Virus record (IMG/VR): IMGVR_UViG_3300035670_000101
Coordinates: 29,395-93,394 of that record
Source: a virus
Length of the DNA: 64,000 nt
Strand: one strand, 5' to 3'
Shown: piece by piece, positions 19,086 through 28,013 of the stretch
Layout of the letters: every line of letters starts with the position of its first letter
How positions within the stretch are numbered: the first letter of the stretch is position 1
The notes under the pieces: model-generated
Seen by the model: the letters and a program-made list of their open reading frames with translations, nothing else
What the model was told of the DNA's origin: nothing
Database searches by the model: none
Position numbers and translations under genes: made by a program

Positions 19086-19519
19086 TCTTCATAATCTCCA
19101 ATAAGGTCATAACTACTAGAAAACAAGTTAAATTCTTCAGCAAGGTAATCCCTAACATCATTCTGTGAGTTAAATGTTTTGTAGGTGTCAAAGTATTCAT
19201 CACTCAGCGTATAATCATATTGAGACTCTACGGTAAACTTCTTAATCTCTGAAGGTTTGTTGTTTAAGACTTTAACATCCTCCCCGTAAATAGCTTTCAA
19301 CTCCTTGTCTTCAAGGGTCTTTGATAAGACTAAGAATCTAGGACGTTTAGAGATGAGTTCATCAATGTAGTTATTGATTTCATCCATTGTGTTAAAACTC
19401 TTTCCTGTTAGTGTATGAATATACTTTGGGTTAATCTCACACACTTCTAATTTTAAATCTTCAAACTTACGCTCAAAACGAAGGTTTTTATATACACCAA
19501 CTTTATTAAATTCTTTCAT
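19082..19519 (-). CDS. hypothetical protein
   Basis: AGGAG RBS before ATG 19519. Confidence 0.75.
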   Translation of the reverse strand: MKEFNKVGVYKNLRFERKFEDLKLEVCEINPKYIHTLTGKSFNTMDEINNYIDELISKRPRFLVLSKTLEDKELKAIYGEDVKVLNNKPSEIKKFTVESQYDYTLSDEYFDTYKTFNSQNDVRDYLAEEFNLFSSSYDLIGDYEE

Positions 19520-19687
19520 TCTATATTCTCCTATGTAAAAACAAATACACCCTGCACATTTCTGCATAAGGTGTTAACTCACTTTTAGACTAAATTAACC
19601 CTGCTAAAGATAATAACAACTTCTTAAGCTCTTTACCACTCATATCTTTAATTAAATCCTTACTCTCCAGCAACATATGATAACTAG

Positions 19688-20443
19688 TTAATCATCAAAA
19701 CCCACCTCATATTTCATCAACGCTTCGTAAACCCTGTCATCAATTTCACCTTTCCATTTTTCAGCCACAGATTTAATGTAAGCTTCTTTATGTGTCTTAT
19801 AGGCTATAAACGCATCCTCTTTTGTGGTGAATGCACCGAGATTTTTTAAACTTGTGCGTCTGTGGAGGTTCGCGGTAAATTTCCCCACCTTTTTGTGATA
19901 CGAAACTCCTATGGGGTAACTTCCTCTTGTCGAACCAGCCTTTATAAATAAACTATTCACCTCTCGTGGAACAAAACAACAAGTTTCTTCTGAATAAATT
20001 TTATTTCCTTTAACCAGAATATCTTTATCCAAATGCCAACCTTCTTGATCAAAACCTTTCTGATTTAAACACCAAGACTTAAATTTCTTGTAAATTTTAA
20101 AATCATCAGATGTTATGCATTGTTCGTAAGTAGGGAATTTGTAAAGCTCTTTTTTGTTATAACAACGTCTTAACATGCCAACCCATATTCCGTAAGCTTT
20201 GTCGTGCCTTCCATTTAAAGTTACCCTCTCTTCTCCAACAATACCTACACCATGAACACTTGGAATAGACCAGTCTTTTACACTACCTGCTACAATTTGA
20301 CTCATACTAGCTTTTGTTTTAAAATTAGTTTCTACAAATCTCACGTATACATTACGTGCATTTACATAATCAACTATCTCTAAAATTCCGCTACAATTTG
20401 TTTCGTATTTTTGACCATTTCGCTCTTTTGCCTTATTTTTCAA
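19688..20443 (-). CDS. HNH-variant homing endonuclease-like protein (copy 3)
   Basis: WVGMLRRCY...LDKDILVKGNKIYSEETCCFVP..VN; TTG 20443 after AGGAG is the likely start. Confidence 0.75.
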   Translation of the reverse strand: MKNKAKERNGQKYETNCSGILEIVDYVNARNVYVRFVETNFKTKASMSQIVAGSVKDWSIPSVHGVGIVGEERVTLNGRHDKAYGIWVGMLRRCYNKKELYKFPTYEQCITSDDFKIYKKFKSWCLNQKGFDQEGWHLDKDILVKGNKIYSEETCCFVPREVNSLFIKAGSTRGSYPIGVSYHKKVGKFTANLHRRTSLKNLGAFTTKEDAFIAYKTHKEAYIKSVAEKWKGEIDDRVYEALMKYEVGFDD

Positions 20444-20469
20444 TTTAACTCTCCTATAAATACTCACAC

Positions 20470-20498
20470 ATAATAAAAGGGAACTAACTAAAAGTCAA
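20470..20498 (-). promoter_or_regulatory. sigma70-type promoter within an inverted repeat
   Basis: TTGACT-17-TATTAT. Confidence 0.7.
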
Positions 20499-20544
20499 TT
20501 CCCTTTGGTGAGATTTCACTGTAATTTGATAAAAGTTTAGTTTA

Positions 20545-20748
20545 CTAAAGGCTCAGCTTGCTGAAGGCTTTCCTCACACAGTAACTCCTACAATAACTGG
20601 TAACAAAGAAGATTAATTGCAGTTGCAAGGATTGCTGTAAATCCATCCCGAAGAAATACAAGATGATTAGAGCAATGATGTTACCTAGAATAATCTGTGT
20701 TAGAGTTTCTAGGTGTATTAAGTGTGTTTTAATGAAAGTGTTTTTGAT
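20545..20748 (-). CDS. two-TM membrane protein with apparent ATC start (67 aa, absent from ORF track)
   Basis: AGGAG 6 nt before ATC; FFVTSYCRSYCVRKAF C-terminal motif typical of a phage membrane-protein family. Confidence 0.6.
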   Translation of the reverse strand: MKNTFIKTHLIHLETLTQIILGNIIALIILYFFGMDLQQSLQLQLIFFVTSYCRSYCVRKAFSKLSL

Positions 20749-20764
20749 TACTGTCTCCTATAAA

Positions 20765-21154
20765 TTAAAGGTATTGCTCGTGTATAACAGATTCATTAAC
20801 AATCACTACAGATTCGTGAGAGTAGTAACCATTATGTTCGTTGTAACAAACAAGTTGAAAATCCCCCTTACTTGTAAACACAGTGAAGAACAAACAACTC
20901 CCTTCGTAAAGGTCTAGGTGACAGAGGTCAATAGTCTCCAACGCTTTATTTGTTACTCGACCATCTAAGTATTCAGCACCAATAAAGTAATCTAGATCAT
21001 CCTGAGATGTAACATAACCCCATTGTTCACAACACTGACCTTCATTGTCGATACCAACTTTAATTTTTACACCATCTTTTAAAGTGATAATAAAACCTTC
21101 AAAAGTTGTGTATTTGTGTTTAAATGTTGTTTCTTCGATGTTTAAAATTTTCAT
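20765..21154 (-). CDS. conserved phage hypothetical protein
   Basis: QCCE...YNEHNGYYSH motif. Confidence 0.8.
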   Translation of the reverse strand: MKILNIEETTFKHKYTTFEGFIITLKDGVKIKVGIDNEGQCCEQWGYVTSQDDLDYFIGAEYLDGRVTNKALETIDLCHLDLYEGSCLFFTVFTSKGDFQLVCYNEHNGYYSHESVVIVNESVIHEQYL

Positions 21155-21163
21155 TTCTTTCTC

Positions 21164-21412
21164 CTAATACTTATAATCTACGTCAACACCCTTAAATCTT
21201 TCAGGATTAACTTTCTGTTGGTAAATAACATTTAACCATAAGTCAAACATTCCCTCAACACGATCACTATCATACTCCCAATAATTCGATAGTGTTGGGT
21301 TGTTGAAAACTTTATCCAGAATCCAATGGTCATCAGGGTAAGAATCTTGCACCCAATCTTCAAATGCTGATACAAAAGCTTCGTTATACTTCATCTCATA
21401 TCGAATTAGCAT
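21164..21412 (-). CDS. hypothetical protein
   Basis: GGAGG RBS; operonic. Confidence 0.7.
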   Translation of the reverse strand: MLIRYEMKYNEAFVSAFEDWVQDSYPDDHWILDKVFNNPTLSNYWEYDSDRVEGMFDLWLNVIYQQKVNPERFKGVDVDYKY

Positions 21413-21646
21413 TTATACCTCCCCACTAAAATATCGTTCAATCATCTTCAAACAATCATACCAACCTTGATCATATGCATTCTTAATGCCAGCAAGTTCT
21501 TGGTTTTCAATATGCCAAGAAACATAACTTGGTAAACTATGTTTGAAATTATCTTCAATGTAATAAAATACATCACCACCCTTAAGTTTATTAATCTCCC
21601 AAGAGTGTTGCTTGAAGAATAATTCTAAATCTTTATTAATGTTCAT
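21413..21646 (-). CDS. hypothetical protein
   Basis: Operonic. Confidence 0.7.
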   Translation of the reverse strand: MNINKDLELFFKQHSWEINKLKGGDVFYYIEDNFKHSLPSYVSWHIENQELAGIKNAYDQGWYDCLKMIERYFSGEV

Positions 21647-21932
21647 TTTCCACCTTTTTAAAATATCGTAGCATTAATGTTGATTCAGGATAACCTGATT
21701 TTTCCAGAATAACACCTAGAGGAGTTTTAAGATTAATATTCTCATTGAAGTAGTCAATCATCTGCTCACAAGAATCTAAGTAAGAAATCTTACTGTCAAA
21801 ACTCCTACCAAAGAAACTTCCAGCAATCCATTCAGTTGTTACAGAGAAGTCCCCGTTGAGTGGACAAATATGTATATGATGCTCACTATCTGGTAACTCT
21901 TTGATTAAAGTCAGTAGGGTATTACTATTCAT
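21636..21932 (-). CDS. hypothetical protein
   Basis: Operonic. Confidence 0.7.
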   Translation of the reverse strand: MNSNTLLTLIKELPDSEHHIHICPLNGDFSVTTEWIAGSFFGRSFDSKISYLDSCEQMIDYFNENINLKTPLGVILEKSGYPESTLMLRYFKKVENEH

Positions 21933-22129
21933 TTCATTTCTCCTAATAAACTGACAGTAGTCTTTAATTTACCTGTTAAGAAATCAACAAATTCCTTTTG
22001 ATCTTGAACAACAGTATAATCTGAAATTGTACACATTGTATGATAATCAAACTCTAAACTTTCTAGCTTCTCAACTTCTTCTTTAAGCTTCTCTGCACGT
22101 TGAATCAATTGTGTTAGTACATCTTTCAT
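21929..22129 (-). CDS. hypothetical protein
   Basis: GGAG RBS; first gene after the structured leader. Confidence 0.7.
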   Translation of the reverse strand: MKDVLTQLIQRAEKLKEEVEKLESLEFDYHTMCTISDYTVVQDQKEFVDFLTGKLKTTVSLLGEMK

Positions 22130-22139
22130 TTTGTTTCTC

Positions 22140-22285
22140 CAAGTACCGTCAGGTGTGTGGTTAGCACCACAGGTACACTCCTAATATAATTTGAGGGATA
22201 CCCCCTCGCGCAGAGGGGTTTCTCTCGTACCGATAGGTATACTGCTCACACAGAGAGTACACCGCTCGCACATTTGCGTTTGTAT
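22140..22285 (-). ncRNA. GC-rich multi-hairpin leader or structured element
   Basis: Several nested hairpins between a promoter and an RBS; no ORF. Confidence 0.5.
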
Positions 22286-22291
22286 GAACAC

Positions 22292-22320
22292 AATATATCA
22301 ATAATTATTGAAGTTTGCAA
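22292..22320 (-). promoter_or_regulatory. sigma70-type promoter
   Basis: TTGCAA-17-TATATT followed by CATAC. Confidence 0.7.
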
Positions 22321-22333
22321 GGGGTGTTTACTA

Positions 22334-23098
22334 TTAATCTATCACACCAAGTTCTCGAAGCTCTTTCAACCAGTATTTAACTGTTCGTAAACTTACACCA
22401 AGTATATCTGCCATCTCTTGATTTGTTTTACCATCATCCTCAGCGTACAGTTGATACAGTTGAAACTTCTTAGGTTTCTTAACAACCTTTCTGACATCCA
22501 AAAGTCTATTCTTTAAGATACTTACATCATCTTCAATTTGTGCTGTTTTCTGTGTAATGGTTGACTCAAAATTACTTTGGCGATCTTGTAATGCAGAAAC
22601 AACATCCTCAAGAGCTTTTAATCTCTCTCTTTGATCACTATCACTTTTCACTTTATAGATCATCTTGATGGTTTGCATTGGTGTTTTCTGTTTCTTAACA
22701 TCACGTCTACCTAACAATTTCTCTTTCATTAACATCTTCTGAGTAGGGTGATCCATGTGCTTCTCCATAACAAGAACAGCAGGGAAAAATTGCTTATGCT
22801 TATTCTCATCGAAAAACTTAACATCTTCTGCACACTCTAATGAAAGATTGACAATATCTTCTAGGCTGTGTTCATAAGTGTCAACTTCTAAGTTACCTAA
22901 CCAGATTTTATCGACACAATCAAAAACTTTGTCATTCTTTTCTGGATCATAAAACTGCCTAAGAATATTTACGTTTTCCATACTCAGCGATTTTAGTTTC
23001 GCATAGTTTAAGGAAAGTTTCTTTATCTGTTCCTTTTTATACTCTTCACTAAAAACATTTTCATTGAAATCTTTAATATCAAAATCTTTATCTGTCAC
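22334..23098 (-). CDS. coiled-coil protein with C-terminal HTH
   Basis: KTNQEMADILGVSLRTVKYWLKEL. Confidence 0.8.
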   Translation of the reverse strand: MTDKDFDIKDFNENVFSEEYKKEQIKKLSLNYAKLKSLSMENVNILRQFYDPEKNDKVFDCVDKIWLGNLEVDTYEHSLEDIVNLSLECAEDVKFFDENKHKQFFPAVLVMEKHMDHPTQKMLMKEKLLGRRDVKKQKTPMQTIKMIYKVKSDSDQRERLKALEDVVSALQDRQSNFESTITQKTAQIEDDVSILKNRLLDVRKVVKKPKKFQLYQLYAEDDGKTNQEMADILGVSLRTVKYWLKELRELGVID

Positions 23099-24615
23099 TG
23101 AATTTCCTCCACCACTTCTTTTAAATTTAAATCAATATCATAAGCATGTAAGAAATCAAACGGGAGTTCAAGTGTATTAATTGCTCGTGTACATGCAACG
23201 TAAAACAAGTTTACTTCCTGTTGATTATACTTCTCCATACCTTTTTCCAAAGTAATAACCTCACAATTAAAGTCACTATGAATCTTAACCTGTTTCCACT
23301 CCATCCCTTTACTCTTATGTGCTGTAGTTAATAAAACATCATACTTAATAAAAGGTTTCTTACTGTCTTCAATCAGCATATCAAGAGCTTTAGAGTATGT
23401 GTGTGTTTTATGGTTAGTCACAATGTTAACAAGACGTTTAATCTCTGGTTGATCACCAGCATCTTCAAGCATATCATCCCAACTGGAATACACATTAATC
23501 TCTTCATCTTTAACTTTACTTTTATCACCTTTGAACAAATAATAAGAACTCCAAATCATACTCTGGAACTTCTTAGGATCAATCTCACATTTAACTTTCT
23601 TACCAAGAGAAATATAATTAATAGCTTCCTCTAACAAAGCACCATTAGTACGAAAGATAACAGTATAAGGAAATTCTTTATCTACAAATGAAACAACACT
23701 AGAAATACTCTCCAACCCTTTAACTTGTATTTCATTGTTAATTACTTTACTAGCAACATTAGCAATAGCTTCCCCATAACGAAAAGATTTAGACAATAAG
23801 AATGTAGGAGCATCCTGAATCATTTCCATAGCATTAACAGCTTGTCTAAAAGCATAAATACTCTGATAAGTATCACCAACATAAACAACCTTACAATCTG
23901 TTTGTTGTTTAATAATATCTAACACTACAGGACTACTATCTTGAGCTTCATCCAGATAAATAATTTCATAAGGAAGTTTAGGTTTAGACAATTGATATAA
24001 CTTCTGGTATGTATCATGATCAGCTTTAACTAAACTTTTAGGGTTAACTTTATCTAACCAAAACTGCTTACTTACATCAACAATAACATCTAGTAACTTA
24101 ATCTTATTAGCTTTAGTACATTTATCTAAATACTTATCAACATCATTAGGGATATGTTTAATCTCTACTTGTTCATCAGCACTATTCTGGTATCTATTAA
24201 TAGTTGACTTAACTAATGTTGCAATAGTGGTAGAAGATAAAAACTCATCTTTCTTCATTTTAAAATCTTTAATCTTGTACAGATTAGCAATCTCTTTAGA
24301 GGTTCTTCCTCTGTTAACATAAGAGGTGTCATAGGGAGTATTAATCTTATGAGCTAACATCTTACCATAGACACCATAAGCTAAAGAGTGTACAGTCTTA
24401 CAGGAAGTGTGTTTAGGGAATGTTTCTGAAGCTATAGTAGCATTCTGTTTGTTAAAGCAAACATATAAACTACTAACAGGGTTATCCTCTGCCAATAATC
24501 TTAGTGTACTACTCTTACCACTTCCAGCTACAGCATTAACTTTAATAACTTTATGTTGTTTGAAGGATTCTAAGATTAGCTTCTGCTCATCCGTTGGTGT
24601 AAACTTAATAGACAT
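23095..24615 (-). CDS. UvrD/Rep-family (SF1A) DNA helicase
   Basis: AVAGSGKS, DEAQD, VGDTYQSIYAFR, SFRY, TAHKSKGMEW, FYVACTRA. Confidence 0.93.
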   Translation of the reverse strand: MSIKFTPTDEQKLILESFKQHKVIKVNAVAGSGKSSTLRLLAEDNPVSSLYVCFNKQNATIASETFPKHTSCKTVHSLAYGVYGKMLAHKINTPYDTSYVNRGRTSKEIANLYKIKDFKMKKDEFLSSTTIATLVKSTINRYQNSADEQVEIKHIPNDVDKYLDKCTKANKIKLLDVIVDVSKQFWLDKVNPKSLVKADHDTYQKLYQLSKPKLPYEIIYLDEAQDSSPVVLDIIKQQTDCKVVYVGDTYQSIYAFRQAVNAMEMIQDAPTFLLSKSFRYGEAIANVASKVINNEIQVKGLESISSVVSFVDKEFPYTVIFRTNGALLEEAINYISLGKKVKCEIDPKKFQSMIWSSYYLFKGDKSKVKDEEINVYSSWDDMLEDAGDQPEIKRLVNIVTNHKTHTYSKALDMLIEDSKKPFIKYDVLLTTAHKSKGMEWKQVKIHSDFNCEVITLEKGMEKYNQQEVNLFYVACTRAINTLELPFDFLHAYDIDLNLKEVVEEIQ

Positions 24616-25069
24616 TTGTGTGTTTCTCCGTAGAAATGTTTTGATAATAAATTATAGTATAACACTTTAGGATTTATAAAACAAGGTAGAGTGCAGAAAA
24701 AGGGCAAAAAAAATTCAAATTTTCTTATATAATATAAATTATAGTAGAGAAATATTTTTAGTGTACCTTGCTTTTAAGGTTTTATAATCACTAACAGGAG
24801 TTATAAGGTTCTTGAAAGAGTCTTCTTATTATTTGTACATAATATCTCTTAAAATATGTAACTATATTGTAACTAGAAGAATAGTGATATAAAAATCCTC
24901 CTATTATATAGCAATAGAAATAATAAGAGTATGTTATTGTTATAGTTAGTAATAGTATTAATAAAGACAATAATGGAATATGTTATTATATTAAAGATAT
25001 GAATAAAGAGTTAAGATATTAGCACAAATAGTGATATAAGAATATTATTAGAATTAGTGTAACATTAGC

Positions 25070-25582
25070 GGTTGTTAGGGATTATTATAGAGGTTTACAA
25101 CAACCATGTAAGTATTACCAGTAGTGCTTCTTTAAGGGTTTAACAATAATCTTTATAACCCTTGTAGGGGTGTTCTTAGGGTTCTCTTATGGTATAGAGT
25201 AAACTTTATAAAACAACTATGGTGTTAAACATGACACTAGAATACATTACTACTATGTTACAAATTCTCTGTAACATAACCTTATAAAATTCACTAACAG
25301 GGAACACCCTACCTTTTATCTAAAAGAACCTTAAAGGGAGAGGGATTGTTTGCAGCAGACAAAATCCCTAAAACTATAGTATTATTGTGCTGTATTGTTG
25401 TTGGTGCTCAACGTCCGTAGGACAGTATTCTAAACAGTGGTATGCACAGTATAGTCTTCTTAAGAGTAATTCTTTAAAGTGTTCCCTTTAGTGAATCTCC
25501 AACTAAAGCCTACATTCGTAGTCTTTGTTGTATATTGTGTTGTAACATTCAAACTTCATTGCATTCGTTTTCATTAACAACA
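25070..25582. other. structured non-coding element A (origin-like)
   Basis: 18-bp inverted repeat 25289-25307/25479-25496 enclosing several hairpins; paralogous to 45297-45552. Confidence 0.55.
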
Positions 25583-25609
25583 TACACCAGAATTAATTGT
25601 TGTTTAGTG

Positions 25610-25638
25610 TTGACTTCTTTTTGTTGCTAAAGTATATT
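25610..25638 (+). promoter_or_regulatory. sigma70-type promoter
   Basis: TTGACT-17-TATATT. Confidence 0.7.
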
Positions 25639-25670
25639 TAATTTAATATTAAATTATATAAGGATCTAAA

Positions 25671-25856
25671 GTGATAACAGATGTTGTATTAACTATAGCT
25701 GTAGTAGTATTTGTTTGGTGCTTAAGTTTTATTAGTGTTATGTTTCTCCTACTATCAGATGCAGATTATAAAACTAAGAATAGTTATAGTACTATGGTGC
25801 TAGGTGTTATAGTGTTGGTGTTGTTTCTCTACTGTGGTTATATGTTGTTTGTTTAA
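25671..25856 (+). CDS. small two-TM membrane protein
   Basis: AAGGA RBS; hydrophobic. Confidence 0.65.
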   Translation: MITDVVLTIAVVVFVWCLSFISVMFLLLSDADYKTKNSYSTMVLGVIVLVLFLYCGYMLFV

Positions 25857-25866
25857 GGAGTTTAAA

Positions 25867-26463
25867 ATGGGTGGTAAGTGGAATCGTTGGGTAACCCCAA
25901 CTCGTGATGTTGTAGATGGTAAGAATGTTGTTCGTAAAGGGTATACTCAATGGGCTGGTATGTTCAATAGGGCTAAAGGTCAGAAGTATTATGAAGAAGT
26001 AGGTATTAGTGAGATGTTTAAATCTTATGATTTATGGCATGACTGGGCTGTAGATCAGAAAGGTTTCTTAAATAAGGAAACTAATGGTAAGATATGGTCT
26101 ATTGATAAAGATATTATTGGTGATAGTACAATATACTCAGAAGATGTTTGTGTGTTTGTTCCAGCAATTATTAATTGTCTTTTTATTAAGAGTAAGAATA
26201 AATCTAAAGTTGGTAGACTTGGTGTTAGAAAGGTTGAAAGAGTATCCGTTCCTGATAAGTATGAAGCGAGGTTGGCAGCGTATTGTACTCACATTGGAAC
26301 ATTTGACACAGTAGATGAGGCATATAAAGCTTACTTGTCTGCTAGGTTGATGTACTCCAAAGAGTTATTTAATCTATATGGTGACACAGTAGATGATAGG
26401 GTATGGGATTCTTTGTTTAAGTCGTGTGAATATTCTGATATTCCAGATATTCTCAATATTTAG
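25867..26463 (+). CDS. HNH-variant homing endonuclease-like protein (copy 4)
   Basis: WAGMFNR...IDKDIIG...YSEDVCVFVP..IN; HIGTFDTVDEAY; AGGAG before ATG 25867. Confidence 0.75.
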   Translation: MGGKWNRWVTPTRDVVDGKNVVRKGYTQWAGMFNRAKGQKYYEEVGISEMFKSYDLWHDWAVDQKGFLNKETNGKIWSIDKDIIGDSTIYSEDVCVFVPAIINCLFIKSKNKSKVGRLGVRKVERVSVPDKYEARLAAYCTHIGTFDTVDEAYKAYLSARLMYSKELFNLYGDTVDDRVWDSLFKSCEYSDIPDILNI

Positions 26464-26521
26464 AACAAAGTGCCTCAACTTTCGAAGCTTAGGGGGCTAT
26501 TTTATATTTAGGAGATTAAGA

Positions 26522-26740
26522 TTGATTACTACGATATTAGCTACGGCGTTTGTAATTGTTGGCAGTGGTTTGATGATTGGTGCTACAATACTGTATGCTT
26601 ATATCGTTATCACTCGGAAAGATTTTAACAGTTGGGACTGTAGAGATGTTATTAAACTTATTTTAATTACTTTAATATCTGTTGTTTTTGTTGCTACTGT
26701 TTCAGTGGTGGTAGAATACTTTAAGCACTTAATATCTTAA
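26522..26740 (+). CDS. two-TM membrane protein
   Basis: AGGAG before TTG 26522. Confidence 0.6.
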   Translation: MITTILATAFVIVGSGLMIGATILYAYIVITRKDFNSWDCRDVIKLILITLISVVFVATVSVVVEYFKHLIS

Positions 26741-27242
26741 TGGTATTAGGTGTTTTCTTTTGTCTGCTATACGTGTAGGTTGTTAGAAAAAATTTTGAAT
26801 TTGGGAATTTTTGAAAAATATTTTTAGTGGGTGAAACCCCAGATTCCGAGGAGTATAGGGTGGGTTAAAATGACTACCCAGTAGAAACTCACCAGTCATT
26901 TCATTTTGGTCAGAGCTTACCGTTTATCCCCTATTTTTACTAAAAAATAACAAAAATCACTGTTTTACCGCTTGTTTTTATACCCGTTTCTGTGCTATTC
27001 ACACGCACGTTCCTTTATACGACATTCAAAACGTACTGATTAATGCAATAACACTGCATTGGTAAGCTATAACACTTCTTTGGATGTGATTAATGATAAA
27101 AGACAGGTAGAAATTCCCCTAAATAAACTTATTTAGTAAGCTATTCATAAAATATTTAATAAAATAAACAATTAAATAACCTTTTATTTCATGTATTTAC
27201 CAGTATTTTTAGTATTATTTTAAAATTAATTGAATAAAGTTC

Positions 27243-27270
27243 TTGCAATGATTCTTAAATTTGCTAATAT
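27243..27270 (+). promoter_or_regulatory. early promoter
   Basis: TTGCAA-16-TAATAT with TG extension, AT-rich UP region, followed by CATAC. Confidence 0.65.
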
Positions 27271-27310
27271 GAACTCATACCGAAGCAAGTAGCTTAAAAG
27301 GAGAAACATT

Positions 27311-27517
27311 ATGTTTAAATTTACAGACCGAGCTGATTTTATTTTTATCGTAGAATGGTTAGCTCATAACAATATTAATATCAATGACTGTGATGATATT
27401 GATAGTTTATATGATGAATGTTTAGAATTTTTAAAACGTTTTGAAGTATCACCACATTATTTACAAAGTACAAGCTATTTGCAAGCTGTGAAAGATTATC
27501 TAAACAGCACCAAATAA
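27311..27517 (+). CDS. early hypothetical protein
   Basis: AAGGAG RBS. Confidence 0.8.
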   Translation: MFKFTDRADFIFIVEWLAHNNININDCDDIDSLYDECLEFLKRFEVSPHYLQSTSYLQAVKDYLNSTK

Positions 27518-27554
27518 ACACAAATTTAATTTAAAACTTTTTGGAGAAAACAAC

Positions 27555-27932
27555 ATGTCAAACTTTACACTTAATTCAGTTCTAGATTCTATCCGTTCTG
27601 ATGTTGAAGATGTTCTACGCAATGTTGCAGATAATGATTTACGTGATATGACAGCTTCAGACGTATGCGATTTATTAGATGAAAATAGTTATTATGCACC
27701 TGAAGTTATTTACTATGCAGATGGATGGGAGGTTGTAGCGGGATCGTCATTTAATGATTATGAGCCAATGGATACATTAGACTTTTCAGGTTGTGACAAT
27801 GCTTTAGAATGCATCATGCTCGAAGCTAGAATGATCATTGATAGCGTTTATTACAATGAACGTGAAGCGATTGCTCAGGAAGTTTTGGAAGGCTTGCAAG
27901 AAATGTTACCTGATGAAAGTGATGATGAATAA
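27555..27932 (+). CDS. ocr: Ocr-like (T7 gp0.3) anti-restriction DNA-mimic protein
   Basis: About 32 D/E, 0 K, 5 R in 125 aa; MSNFTLNSVLD, DNDLRD, IYYADGWEVVA and LEARMI line up with recalled T7 Ocr segments MSNMTYNNVFD, YDDIRD, HYYADIFSVMA, LQARIY. Confidence 0.7.
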   Translation: MSNFTLNSVLDSIRSDVEDVLRNVADNDLRDMTASDVCDLLDENSYYAPEVIYYADGWEVVAGSSFNDYEPMDTLDFSGCDNALECIMLEARMIIDSVYYNEREAIAQEVLEGLQEMLPDESDDE

Positions 27933-28013
27933 TTAATTTAAATCAACTGTGCATTGTATTATTATTTAGTATGATGCACACAATTTAAAATTAAATTTTA
28001 AAAGGTATATATT

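Noticed and set aside
24616-25670. Degraded protein-coding gene in the 1 kb gap
   Set aside because: No long ORF or coding-like pattern was evident; inverted repeats explain the region better
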